A stretch of DNA of 64,000 nt from Takakia lepidozioides (lineage: Eukaryota > Plantae > Bryophyta): assembly GCA_030704615.1 (NCBI GenBank), contig CM060731.1, positions 38,688,001 to 38,752,000 on the forward strand, in the 5' to 3' direction. The notes below the pieces were generated by a model, which worked only from the letters and a program-made list of their open reading frames with translations, had not been told where the DNA came from and did no database searches. A program made the translations under genes and the position numbers. Positions 53,088 through 64,000 of the stretch are shown one piece after another (position 1 is the first letter of the stretch; every line of letters begins with the position of its first letter).

Positions 53088-53787
53088 GTGGAAAATGGGG
53101 AGGGTGTTGGAAAAACAGATTCATACTTCTGGTGGGTGTCATGCGAGTTACCAATTTTGTGCAGGTGATATGGAATGATGTCAAAGAAAGTAGAGTCTGT
53201 GCAGCAAGATCTGAAGTGATCGCTTTCTTCCACGTGTAAGCTTACCAGAGAGTTTGAAACCCTCGAAAAAGTTGCCAAAATCGCCAACTGTGACTGCAGA
53301 TTTTGCAACTGTCAGGGCTCTGCTTTCTGCATTCCACTACATGAGAACATGTCCCCCCCTGGCACCTTGGCACATTTTCATTTTTGTGGCCTCGCACCAA
53401 TCTTCACCAGGATGGGTGTTGGGAAAAACAGAGGCCTCTGATTAGAAAAATATACTTTATTGAAAAAAAATCTTTTGAATTTTTGTGTGCAGGAATCATC
53501 CTGCGTATCAATTCAATGTGGAGATTATTTGCAGATTATGTGCTGCAATGTGGTTTGGAAACCATGCTAGTTTACAAAACCCATCTGAATCCAGGCCGCT
53601 CAATGGATGTGGATACTACTCTTGCAAGATTTATGCGAACAAAATGCAAATCCATCTTCAACAATGCACGCTCACTAAAGTTTTACAAACCTCGCATCTT
53701 TCTGCCAGGATATGCGAAATGTATGCATCTACTTCCCTCCCGTTACACATTTTTCCAGAAATGGATTACAAGCAATCATCCACCATA

Positions 53788-56700
53788 CTACACACTTGCA
53801 GCAGCATGAGAGCCTTCATGTTCAGAGCCCACTTGCAGCACTTCCGGAAATAAAAGAGATTCCGGTTTGGTGCTCATGGTGTCAGATTTGGCAACAACTC
53901 CTTCAGATTTGGTAGCATCCTCTTCAGGTGCTGCAGGTTCAGAATTCACAGCACCCTCGACTGAAGTTCCTGACCCTTCAGTTTTGGAGTCCAGAAGAAC
54001 ATTCTCTTCTGAAGTTTGTGATGCCAGTTGTTGATGTTCAGTAGCATCTTCTTCAGGCCCAGCAGCCACCGAGTGCTCTAGCCCTTCAGGTTTCGAGTCG
54101 ACAGTAATCTCTTCTGAAGCCTCTGATGGCTCCGCGGGTCCCTCCCCCTCCACTAGTGGTTCGGGATCAAAAGCATCCTCCTCAGGTAAAGCAGCCACGG
54201 AACTTTCTGGCCCTTCAGGTTTCGAGTCTAAAGTAATGTCTTTTGAAGCCTCTGATAGCTCCGCTAGTCCCTCCCCCTCAGCCAGTGGTTCAGGGTCAAC
54301 AGCATCCTCTTCAGGTAAAGTAGCCACCGAGCTTTCTAGCTCTTCAGGCTTGGCGTCCACAGCATTCTGTACTGAAGTCTGTGGTGGTTCTGCCGGTGCT
54401 TGTCCCTCAGGTTCCATAACAGCCTGTTGTTCAGGGTCAGTAGCCTCCTCTTCAGATCCAGTAGCCACGGAGCTGTCTGGCCCTTCAGCCTCGGAGTCCA
54501 AAACATTCTCTCCTGAAGCCTCTGATAGCTCTGCCAGTGCTTGCCCGTCAGGTTCAATAGCAGCCAGTTGTTGACATTCAGTAGCATCTTCTTCAGGCCC
54601 AACAGCCACCAAGTGCTCTAGCCCTTCAGGTTTTGAGTCAACAGAAATCTCTTTTGAAGCCTCTGATGGATCCACTGGTCCCTCCATCTCAGCCACTAGT
54701 TCAGGGTCAATAGCATCCTCCTCAGGTCCAGCAGCTACTGAGCTTTCTAGCCCTTCAGGCTTGGAGTCCATAGCATCCTCTACTGCACTTTGTGATGGCT
54801 CTGCTGGTGCTTGTCCCTCAGGTTCAATGACAGCCTGATGCTCAGCTTCAGTAGCCTCCTCGTCAGATCCAGCAGCCACTGTGCTTTCTGGCCCTTCAGG
54901 CTTGGAGTCCACAACATTTTCTCCGGAAGCCTCCGATGGCTCCACTGGTGCTTGGCCCCCGGGTTCACTAGCAGCCAGTTGCTGAGGTTCAGTAGTGTCT
55001 TCTTCAGGCCCAGCAGCCACTGAGTGCTCTAGCCCTTCAGGTTTCGAGTCCACAAGAATCTCTTCTGAAGCCTCTGATAGCTCCACTGGTCCCTCCTCCT
55101 TAGCCAGTAGTTCAGGATCAACAGCATCCTCTTCAGGTAAAGCAGCGACCAAGCGTTCTAGCCCTTCAGGCTTGGCCTCCACAGCAGTTTGTGATGGCTC
55201 TGCTGGTGCTTGTCCCTCGGGTTCAATAACAGCCTGCTCCCCAGGTTCAGTAGCCTCCTCTTCAGATCCAGCAGCCACCGAGCTTTCTAGCCCATCACTC
55301 TTGGAGTCCACAACATTCTCTTCTGAAGTCTCTGATGGCTCCAGTGGTGCTTGGCCCCAAGGTTCAATAGCAGCCAGTTGTTGAGGTTCAGTAGCATCTT
55401 CTTCAGCCACAGACTGCTCGAGTCCTTTGGAGTCTACTACAATCTCTTCTGAAGTTTGTGACGGCTCCACTCGTTCCTCCTCCTCAGGTTCAATACCAGC
55501 CAGTGGTGTAGGGTCAACAGCATCTTCTTCGGGTCCAGCAGCCACCGATATTTCAGGCCCTTCAGGTAAGGATTCCCCAACATCATCTTCTAAGGACTCT
55601 GATGGAAACAGTAATGCAGCTTGCCCTTCAGGTTCTCTAACAGCCAGTTGCTCGAGTTCTGGAGAATCCTCAGCCACCGCAGTCATTGGCTCTTCAAGTT
55701 TGGAGTCCAGAACGTTCTCTTTTAAAGTCTTTGATGGCTCCGGTGGTACTTGTCCCTCAAGATCGACAATAGCCAACTGTTCAAGTTCAACCCCTTTAGC
55801 CTCAGTGGACTCTCTGAGATTTGAAGATGGCTCTAACAGTGTTTCCCCTTTCTCTCCAGCAGTCACTTCTTCCAAACTACTTTGACTCACCTCAGGTGAT
55901 CCTTGTCCTTCAGGGCTGACAGCCAGTGCTTCAGGTGTGGAATCTGCTGCATCCTCATGGTCTTCATTGAGTACTTGTGATGTTTCAAGTGCCTCTCCAG
56001 CCACAAGCTCTTCCTGCATTTCCGAATCTGTCTGTTCCGCCAGGTCAATTCCCTTCTCCACCTCAGGATTCTTAGACTCCAAAGCTTCATCAACCCCACT
56101 TGTCAGTAGGTTTGGCTGAAGCTCCTCATTTGCATCTCTGACCACTGCTGACTCTGGCAGAACATTGGAGTCGTCCTCTGGCACTTCCTTTGAACCTGTA
56201 CTCTCAGGCTCAGCCTTGTCATCAGGTTTGTCCAATGCCGCTGCATCACTCTCTCCTGTCACATCAGTCCCAACACCTGAATGCAAAAGAGTTATAATAC
56301 TTGAAATTCAAATTGTTTCGTCTAAGGGTGACAAACAGAACTCAATGTTTAGTCAGGCTATGACACATTCCAGGAGGTTGTTAGCTCGCAGCCATTGCTG
56401 ACAGAAATACATATGCACAGAAACTAAATAGCTGTGCTAGGACCCAAGTGTTCTTTTAGGGACCCAAGTGCTCACGTTATCTGTACCTTCTATGTTGCTC
56501 CCAGGAACTTCCTCTGAGGGCGACTTCTCTGCAATAGGCGTTGCCTTCTCAATTTCTTCAAGAGGCAAGACCCCCTCTCTTGCAATGACATTGCATTCTT
56601 CCCCCTCGTGTGCCCCCATGGGTGCCTCAGGCTGTGTCTCCACAGATTTGACAGTCTCAGAAGTCTCTGCCAAAGGTTCAAGATCCTCTCCAACCTCGAC

Positions 56701-58650
56701 AATGGGTTCTTCCACAGATCCTCCCTCACCTTGTTGCAATTCTGACTCGGTTGGGGTTGGCTGGGATCTGTTGACTGTCGACAGCTGGCCTTCTGCCTTC
56801 TCGTCTCCAGGTTCTTCAATAGTGTCACCCACAATTTCTTTCTCTTCTGGAGCTGTCAGGGTTTCCTCTTCATCTGCTCCTCCAGTAATTGCTGGAACTG
56901 TTCCCGCTAGGGCAGATTGGTAAACATCTGGTGCTAGGGTATCCAAATCCATGTTCTCCTTTGTATCATCCAATGTCACAGCTTCTCCCCCACTTGTATC
57001 TGTTTTAAGGCCTGTAGACAATTTTTCTGGAATTTCTGCTTCTGTTGTAGTACATAGATCTGTGCGTGTTCCTTGGGTCTGTTGATCCTTGTCTGCCTGG
57101 GTTTCATTGTCTGCAATGCTTTCATCAAGTTTCTCTGGACCTTCCCTTGTCTTTGCTGGCCCATCAGCTTCTGCTGCTTGTGCAGACTCGATATTTTTTT
57201 CCACCTCAATGTTGTGTTGTGCAGCAGGTTCTCCAGAGGCCATAAGGTCCGTCTCAAAAACGTTGTGTTGTTCTGGTGAAACAGATTCCGAGTTATCTCT
57301 CACATCCATGTGCTTGTCTATGATTGGCTCAGAGCCTGTTCCTTCATCTGTTAGGCCACCCTTATATTCTTTCTCTGCTTCCCCAACTGCCTCACCATCA
57401 GTTTGTACAAAATCCCTCCTTCCATTGGTATTCTCTGCAGTGCCCTTGGGTGGAGCTTTTACTCCCACTTCTGCGTCCACAGCTGCACCTTCTTTATTTT
57501 CTTCAACGATTGCCATATGCCCCCCCTTTCTTGGATCTGCCACCCCATCCTCTGGTCCACTTCCTCCTCCTTGGTCAGAGGAGGTCAATGGTGGGGGGAC
57601 GACAACGTCTTTTTCTTTGCCATCAAATTCCACAGACTCTGTGGGTGTCCCTTTCTCTGGTGCCGGTGCCCCATGTGAAGGCCCAACCTCTCGTTGGGCT
57701 GAGGCCAATGGTGCGTCTGCATCTTTTCTCACTTCATTCGAGTCACTTTCACCGAGAAAAGGTTGGTTCTCCTCTCCTCCATCCTGTTAGAGCAGTATCA
57801 AGCGTATGGATGTTAACGTTTTCCAAATATGTTCTCAAAACATCCCTATATAATGTGTACGGTAAGTTAAGATTCAAGGCTCAACATATTCCCGAACGAA
57901 CCCTGAGGAAAGCAGTTCCGAGCAGAGAGGAATTATGATTTCGTGTTTTGTCTTGATCAAAGGCCTGGAGAGGCAGACCGCACCGCGTACCTCAATATCA
58001 TCTCAAGATGGGACATGCATAACTTACCGGATCTCATATCCGGTCGAAATTTCACCTAGTATAATGTTATCCAGGTGTCTACAATTTCTGTAGAAGCTAA
58101 TGATGCCAGGAAGCGTGTCTATAGTTGGCACTAATAATACTGAAATTGCTAACAATGCCTCAGTTCGCAAGTAGGTTCGTCTGCGTACAAATGCTGGAAG
58201 CTACCACCTCGACATGTTACGAGTTGGTCTGCAGAAAATCTTATGACACAAACGTTTTCAGAATAGTGTCGACTCATCAACTTTCCTCGAATCAAGCTCT
58301 GGGACTCCTCTCAAAGGTACACCAAAAAAATCATAAATTTGACTGCCCCTCCCATTGTCTACCTCTATCACGGGCCAAACCTCGATACCCTCAACGGAAA
58401 AGCGTAGCGATTCAAGCCACCTCTACAAATAATGTTCAGAAATCCCTCCTCTGAGCTGCACCTCTCTCACTGTCAATGCCCTTGTTAACAGATCAGACAG
58501 AGTGGATGGGAAATGCAGGAGTTGACTAACCTTCACAAACAGAGTTTGTAGAGATCGGTTGGACGTTAAGGTTTTCCTTGCAGCCTCAGAGGTCGCGGCG
58601 GCTATTGCGTCCTCACGATGGTGTGAGACTCCCTGCAAGCACTGACCCAT
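53788..58650 (-). CDS. Large acidic (E/P/A/S-rich) tandem-repeat protein with N-terminal MGQC acylation-like motif; function unknown
   Basis: Exons 58650..58531, 57783..56487 and 56276..~53830 join in frame via GT-AG (phases 0 and 1), giving about 1,290 aa with 43-47-aa repeats. 3' end uncertain. Confidence 0.75.
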
Positions 58651-61600
58651 GGCTTGTAATCACATCAACTGCTGCCGGCTTCCTCTATTTACAAGTCTGA
58701 TGCCCAGTTCAGGCCCCTAGGACACAAACCAGGTCTGTGAGAATGCCGAGCTCTCTCTAGCTCAGGCGCGAAGTGGTGTCAAAGGGTGACTGTGTACGGA
58801 AGATGGGCGGCAGAGAACAGTAGCCCCCTGCTTGAACCGTGAGGGAAACTGCGTGTGTGACCTTGCGGTCTTAATGACCAAGGAATTTGAATGGGGACCA
58901 GCTTTAAGAGCGGAATTTACCTGCAGGGCCTTTTGTAAGGCCCTGCTATTAGTTATTACGTCACTAAGAAGATCTATCGATGTGGGCCCAGGCATCCGAT
59001 TTCCATGGGCACCAAGCAACTGTAGCTAGGAAGCCCAAAAGCAGCTTTCATCACGATGGGCCATCACAAATGAGCAGCAGTGATTGCACAGCATTGATCG
59101 GCATCTATGTATCAATCTCAAAGCAACCGTCTGGAGCTGATTGAATCTTGCTGAAGGGCTAAGCTGTGTGACGTGTAAACACTAAACAGCTTCAAAAAGA
59201 AGGTGCGAAAAGATTAAAAGATGAAATGGTGTACGCCAGCGAACGTGGACAGCTTTTCCCTGGCCACAAACTGCGGACGAAAGTTGAGGCTCCGGAAGTG
59301 CAGTATTTCAGTAGGCCTGTTGTGGAAGCATGGAGGCCCGGGGGCCAACAACATCCGGCTCTCCTGACCACGAGCCCGCCAGAGCTGTCCTCGCTGGCCA
59401 CGCCTCTTCAGCGATGGGTATCATCAGCTTCTACCCGATCAGATGGCTCATCTGCAGGCTTCAATAGGCAATGCTGACTGGTCAAAGTTGCTTTCTGCTC
59501 CGCGGGCAGTGGGTGAATCACAGACAGTATCGTCCCTGGACAACCTAAACATTTTGCGCCTAATAATAAAATCAATCATTCAAAAAATTAGAAAAATATT
59601 TCTCATTTTAGGCATCTTCATGCTATAATTTTTTAGAATTAGGCACATGAGAAGAGAAAAATATACTTTCTTAAGAGTAAAAATACAAAATAGAAACCCA
59701 ATGCCCATAGGCCCTTCCAAGCTCCAGCTATCATTCATTTCCTTTGAAACCCTAAGCCCCTCTTTGTTGTACGCGGTGCTCCAAGGCGGAAGCGATGTGA
59801 TCTCGGAAGCGATGTGATCTTGCATCGACCTTAGCGAGGAAGATGAATATGATGACATTGTCAAGTCCATGCAGGGGCCTTTCGAAGTTACATGGAGCTC
59901 TCGCAAATAGATTGTGATTTGTAGGAAGTTATTTCCGCACGCATATATTTGTATTGATTTTTGTTCAATGAAATTTTCGTTTTTTTCCATCTTATTTTCA
60001 TCTTATTACAAACAACATGAGAAGAGGCTTGCAAGTTTTTTGCTGGAATTTTTAGTTCGGAATTAGGCCAAAATCTGAAAAATTCACAGAATTGGTTAGG
60101 CACTTTCATTTTGAATTAATTATCGCCTAAACGGTAATCCAGGGACGGTATACTATCTTGAAGCACATGTGCGAGCTCTTGTGTGGCAGACAGCTGCAGA
60201 AGCCCCACTGCTGGGGCCCTTTTCGCGTAGCTGGCTCCACAATATAAGTAGGTGGATTCTGGAAGTCCACCTAAGTAAGTTTGGCAGTGACTTTCTCTTT
60301 GCTATAAGCGTGCGCAGCACTCTCTGCTGCAGCCTGCTGATCCATACACATAAGCAGAAAGCCCGAGGAGTACCTCAAGAGTTCATAAGGAGTTCAAGAG
60401 TTCCTAGCTATGAGCGTTAAGAACAGATCCAAATCACATCACTGGAACTCTCACGGGCCAGGTTCATCTGCCAACCGCAGCAGCACATAAACTATTTTTG
60501 GCAGGACACTGTACTGTTAGAGGTTAAGGTAAAGGTAAAGAGAGATGCGAAGGCCAGCGTCTGACATCACCAGACAGACCAATGCTAATCCAGACCAGAG
60601 CCAATCAGATGGGCAGTGGCCACGGCTGGCACACGCAGTACGAGACCTGCGGTGAACCTGCGTGTCTTATTATTATGCTCGGCTGCTTCGCATCTGCCTT
60701 TGTTCGTGCGATCGGGCCCCATTCCATATTCCTCGCGGGGACCCAACACACGCACGACGGAACACCTGCGCAAAGGGAGGAGAGCTCCATCGCCCACGGT
60801 CACTTCATCTCGCACTCCACTGCGACTCCGCGAGCAGGCCACCCTGACACTTTCTCTTCTTCTACCCCAAACGTCACAAAAGGAGAGGCTGGCCGCTCTC
60901 GTAGCCTTGCCACTGCACTTCCCAGCACAGGTCAAAATTTTCCTGTGCCTCGCAGTGTGGTTTCTTGGTCAGAGTCTGTTGCATCATCAAAGTACAGGAA
61001 ACTGGTCTTCTCTGTCACCCACTATGTTTCATCACCACGCAAGAGAAACCCCTCCATGAGTAGGGATGCCTTGAGGTGGTTTCATAATTTTTGGACCTAT
61101 AGTGTGGAAGATATTGAATCTTTAAGTATTTTTTGTCACTAAAAATTCATGAAAAATAGCAAATTGGTTTTTCCTGAACGATCTCCTCACTTGCAGATTT
61201 TTTTTTTTTGTTTAACCCCTAAAGGACTAGAGGTGTTTTTGGGTTTTTGGACAATTCCGGGACCCACCCTCACACGTCAGCGGCTACCTGCCCACCAACG
61301 TTCATCCACGTGGATGAACTGTACAAACTGCTTCCTACCTACCGGATGCACAAGCCCCCCAAATTTGGGGAGATTCCACCGTGTAGTTTGGGAGATTATA
61401 ACATTTGAAGACGGTGCATTTTTTTGAAAATGGAAAAACAAAGCAAAAGTTCATGTTTGACCAAGCAAATTATCCATGATCCCAAACTTTCCTGGGAGAA
61501 AAAGTGCTATATTCCTGTGAAGTGCACAATCCCAAACCCTCACATCAAATTTCACCCCAATCTGCCAAAATGAAGGGGGGGTGCTTTGTATGTGACTGGA

Positions 61601-62384
61601 ATGGGGGTCCAAAAAGAGAATTTGCAAAGGAAATGGTATAGGCCCCATTGGGACCCCAAATTCTCCTTCATTTGGGAATTCCTTCGGTTAGTCCCTCATA
61701 GGCCAAGAACTACTCAAGCCTGCCCAAGAATTTCCCAAAAATTCCCTAAATTGCATTTGGGATGTGAGATTTTGTGAAATTTCCGGCCTCCTCTAGGTCT
61801 GGCAATTGGTGGCCGGAATTTCGCCTGAATCCGGGGACGTTTTCCGGGCCACGTCGAGGTTCCCCATTATTTGCCAAGGCCAGCGAGTCGTCCCCGTGTT
61901 CGTCGGCGTTTTGGGGAGGGCCTCCCAAGCCCCAAACTCCAATCCCACTCGCCACAAAATCCCACCCGCGTGGCCGCTACCACCTGCCACGTCGACGGTC
62001 AACTGCCGTGGCACCCCCCTCCACCCAAAATCCTACAATTTCCAAACTTCAAAAAATTCCTGACGGCGGAGTTTTTCTCTGTTGGGGGCGCCATAAAGAC
62101 CTGCGTGTGCAGCTCGTTCCGCGCTACATTTTTTGTTGAAGCCGCTCGTTCATCGGACTTCATCCGTGTATGCTACAGATGGATGAAAAATCGGGCTGAC
62201 TCGATTCGGGTTGGCTCGTCGTTTAGGGGTTAAAGAGAAGGGAAAACCCTGGGAGCGACAGCTCACAATTCAGGCCCTTTGATAGAGCGAGGAGAAAATA
62301 ACCTCTTTCACAATAACCATGCCATGGAGGCTGAGAAATGGGACACCACCCAAGGGAAGGGGGAGAAGAGTATACCACACCCGT

Positions 62385-62456
62385 CAAGTAGCAGGATTTG
62401 ACCCCATAATCATCTGGGTGGCACTCAGTGCACTAACCAACTGAGCTACTGACTGT
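62385..62456 (-). repeat. tRNA-derived SINE head or tRNA pseudogene
   Basis: Minus strand reads TAGCTCAGTTGGTTAG (A-box) ... TGCCAC ... GGGTCAAATCC (B-box-like). Stems pair poorly. Confidence 0.55.
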
Positions 62457-63035
62457 TGGTATTTTTTATTTTTTTTCGAAATGAAACCGGGGCTACATAT
62501 TGCCCCTTCATATGTCTTTTGGTACACATGACCATACATGTAAATACATATATATTTAGGCGAAGAACAGTACAATATATGCTCAATGGTAGAGGCCACA
62601 TAGTTGGTATTCTGAAACAGTCAATGATGACCTGCACTTCCAATTGTTTTGCAACTGGTATCCTTTGTGTTACCCTATGAACTACATCTTGTTTATATAT
62701 TTGATCTATAAATATGGATGAAATACTCCATGTACACCCCTCTTGAACTTATTTGTGAGTATCAGTGTTATGTTTGAGAACCCTCTGTGTAAGGTGGTGT
62801 TAGGTGCCAACAGAGCTTGGACTGGAACTGTGAACCAGTTTGCGAACGCAGAAGGCAACTGCTGAAGTTTCAGCAACTACTGACGGACAGCTGCGGGTGC
62901 AAAATCGGGCAAGCTCGTACGTCTCAAAAAGCTAGGGATTCGAGATGTGGAGAAGGAGAACCAGGGACGATGACGAAGAAGGTTGTGCTGTACATTTTTG
63001 GGCAAGTCTGGAATTGAGGAGATAATGTGCAGAGT

Positions 63036-63660
63036 TCCCATGAGGCCAGGACGAAACGAAGCAAAGACGTCGCTCGAGATTAGAAGGCTGGTAAAATTGC
63101 CACGATTTCGAGGTAAACCCTCTGTGAAGCTAGAAGAAATTTTGTCTTTCCTGGATACATTATAAGAATTCTTTGAGAACGACTATCCAGAAGAAGCCAA
63201 ACTGTTGCTCTGCAACTCCGATGCTACCAAACTATGGTGGTCGCACCAGAAACATGAACGGCGTGAACACAGGAAATCACATGTGGATAGTTGGGCCATG
63301 TTTAAGGCACAATTCTTAGCCCATTATTTATGCACACAAAATGAAGGTAGAACTGTTCAGGCTGAAACAGGAAACCTTGAGCATTGATGAATTCAAGACC
63401 AAATTTGAAGCCCACGCTAGCTACTTTCCTTTCCCTCAGTGAAGAAGACAGAGTTGATTTATTTGTGAATAGCCTAAATGATTCTCTTAAGTATAAAGTC
63501 AAGGCCCATAATCCTCGAGCAGAAGCTGAGGCTTATCGCTTGGCATGAAATATTGAAAGTGAGATAAGAGCACAAAGAATTGTGAGTCAGGTTCGTGAGG
63601 TTCGTGAATTCACGTCAACTGCAACACCATCTTGGCAGCCAACCAAGAAAAAACACTATA
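63036..63660 (+). mobile_element. Degenerate retrotransposon gag remnant
   Basis: VKLPRFRGKPS...ILSFLDTL*EFF...ATKLWWSHQ...VDSWAMFKAQFLAHY...RVDLFVNSLNDSLKYKV, with stops and frameshifts. Confidence 0.65.
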
Positions 63661-63723
63661 GGAAAATGGGGGGGTTAGCGACGCTGCGGCGTTGTTAAAA
63701 CCCCTTTTTGGGGCGGGGTAGAA

Positions 63724-64000
63724 TGTCACGCACCTCAATTCGGTGAACTCCCCTTCAAGTCATAGTAACTCGCTTTGATGCGCGCGCCTGACTCCCAACC
63801 TGGCCGCCGGGCCAACTTGGAGCTTCGGCTGCTCACCGGGACATAACGGTCCCCTTTTTGCTTCCCTCTAGAACCCTCCACCTAATTGGGACTAGGAGAA
63901 TTCCCTTTGGTAGATGGCAGTCCGGAACAGCTCCCCACTCTTTGGTCGCTTTCCGGCTCGCTCGCTTACTCACTAGCTTTTGGTCACCAACGGGCTTGCA
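63724..64000. mobile_element. LTR family A copy 3 (inverted relative to copies 1 and 2; runs off the window end)
   Basis: Starts TGTCACGCACC immediately after GGGGCGGGGTAGAA. Reverse complement of about 47430-47710. Confidence 0.85.

Noticed and set aside
54236-57938. Ser-rich + strand ORFs
   Set aside because: Antisense shadows of the Glu-rich minus-strand gene.
58762-61142. Assorted 60-186-aa ORFs
   Set aside because: No motifs or consistent exon chain could be recognised by eye.
62795-62820. LTR end plus tRNA-Met PBS upstream of the gag remnant
   Set aside because: CCAACA-GAGC would need a deletion of the TGGTATCA core, so it cannot be supported from the sequence alone.

Overview
Eukaryotic, intron-rich nuclear DNA, most likely from a non-seed land plant (bryophyte, lycophyte or fern). 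This is inferred from PLS-class PPR remnants, a MASE1 hybrid histidine kinase and a DOG1-ankyrin gene. Five host genes can be read: a VIT1/CCC1-family transporter (-, 3 exons), a DOG1-domain + ankyrin gene (+, 7 exons), a MASE1-HisKA-HATPase-REC hybrid histidine kinase (-), aconitase (-), and a large acidic repeat protein starting MGQC (-). Between them lie decayed transposons: several Ty3/Gypsy pieces, LTRs, a PIF/Harbinger remnant, a GC-rich foldback element and tRNA-like SINE heads. The most notable signal is a Ty3/Gypsy gag-protease region followed directly by a C5 DNA-cytosine methyltransferase domain (about 1935-4810). About 37 kb away is a Gypsy RT-RNaseH-integrase ORF ending in a PHD finger (about 41900-44911). 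If both belong to one family, it would carry its own chromatin writer and reader; that link is inferred, not shown. All alignments and exon boundaries were read by eye.
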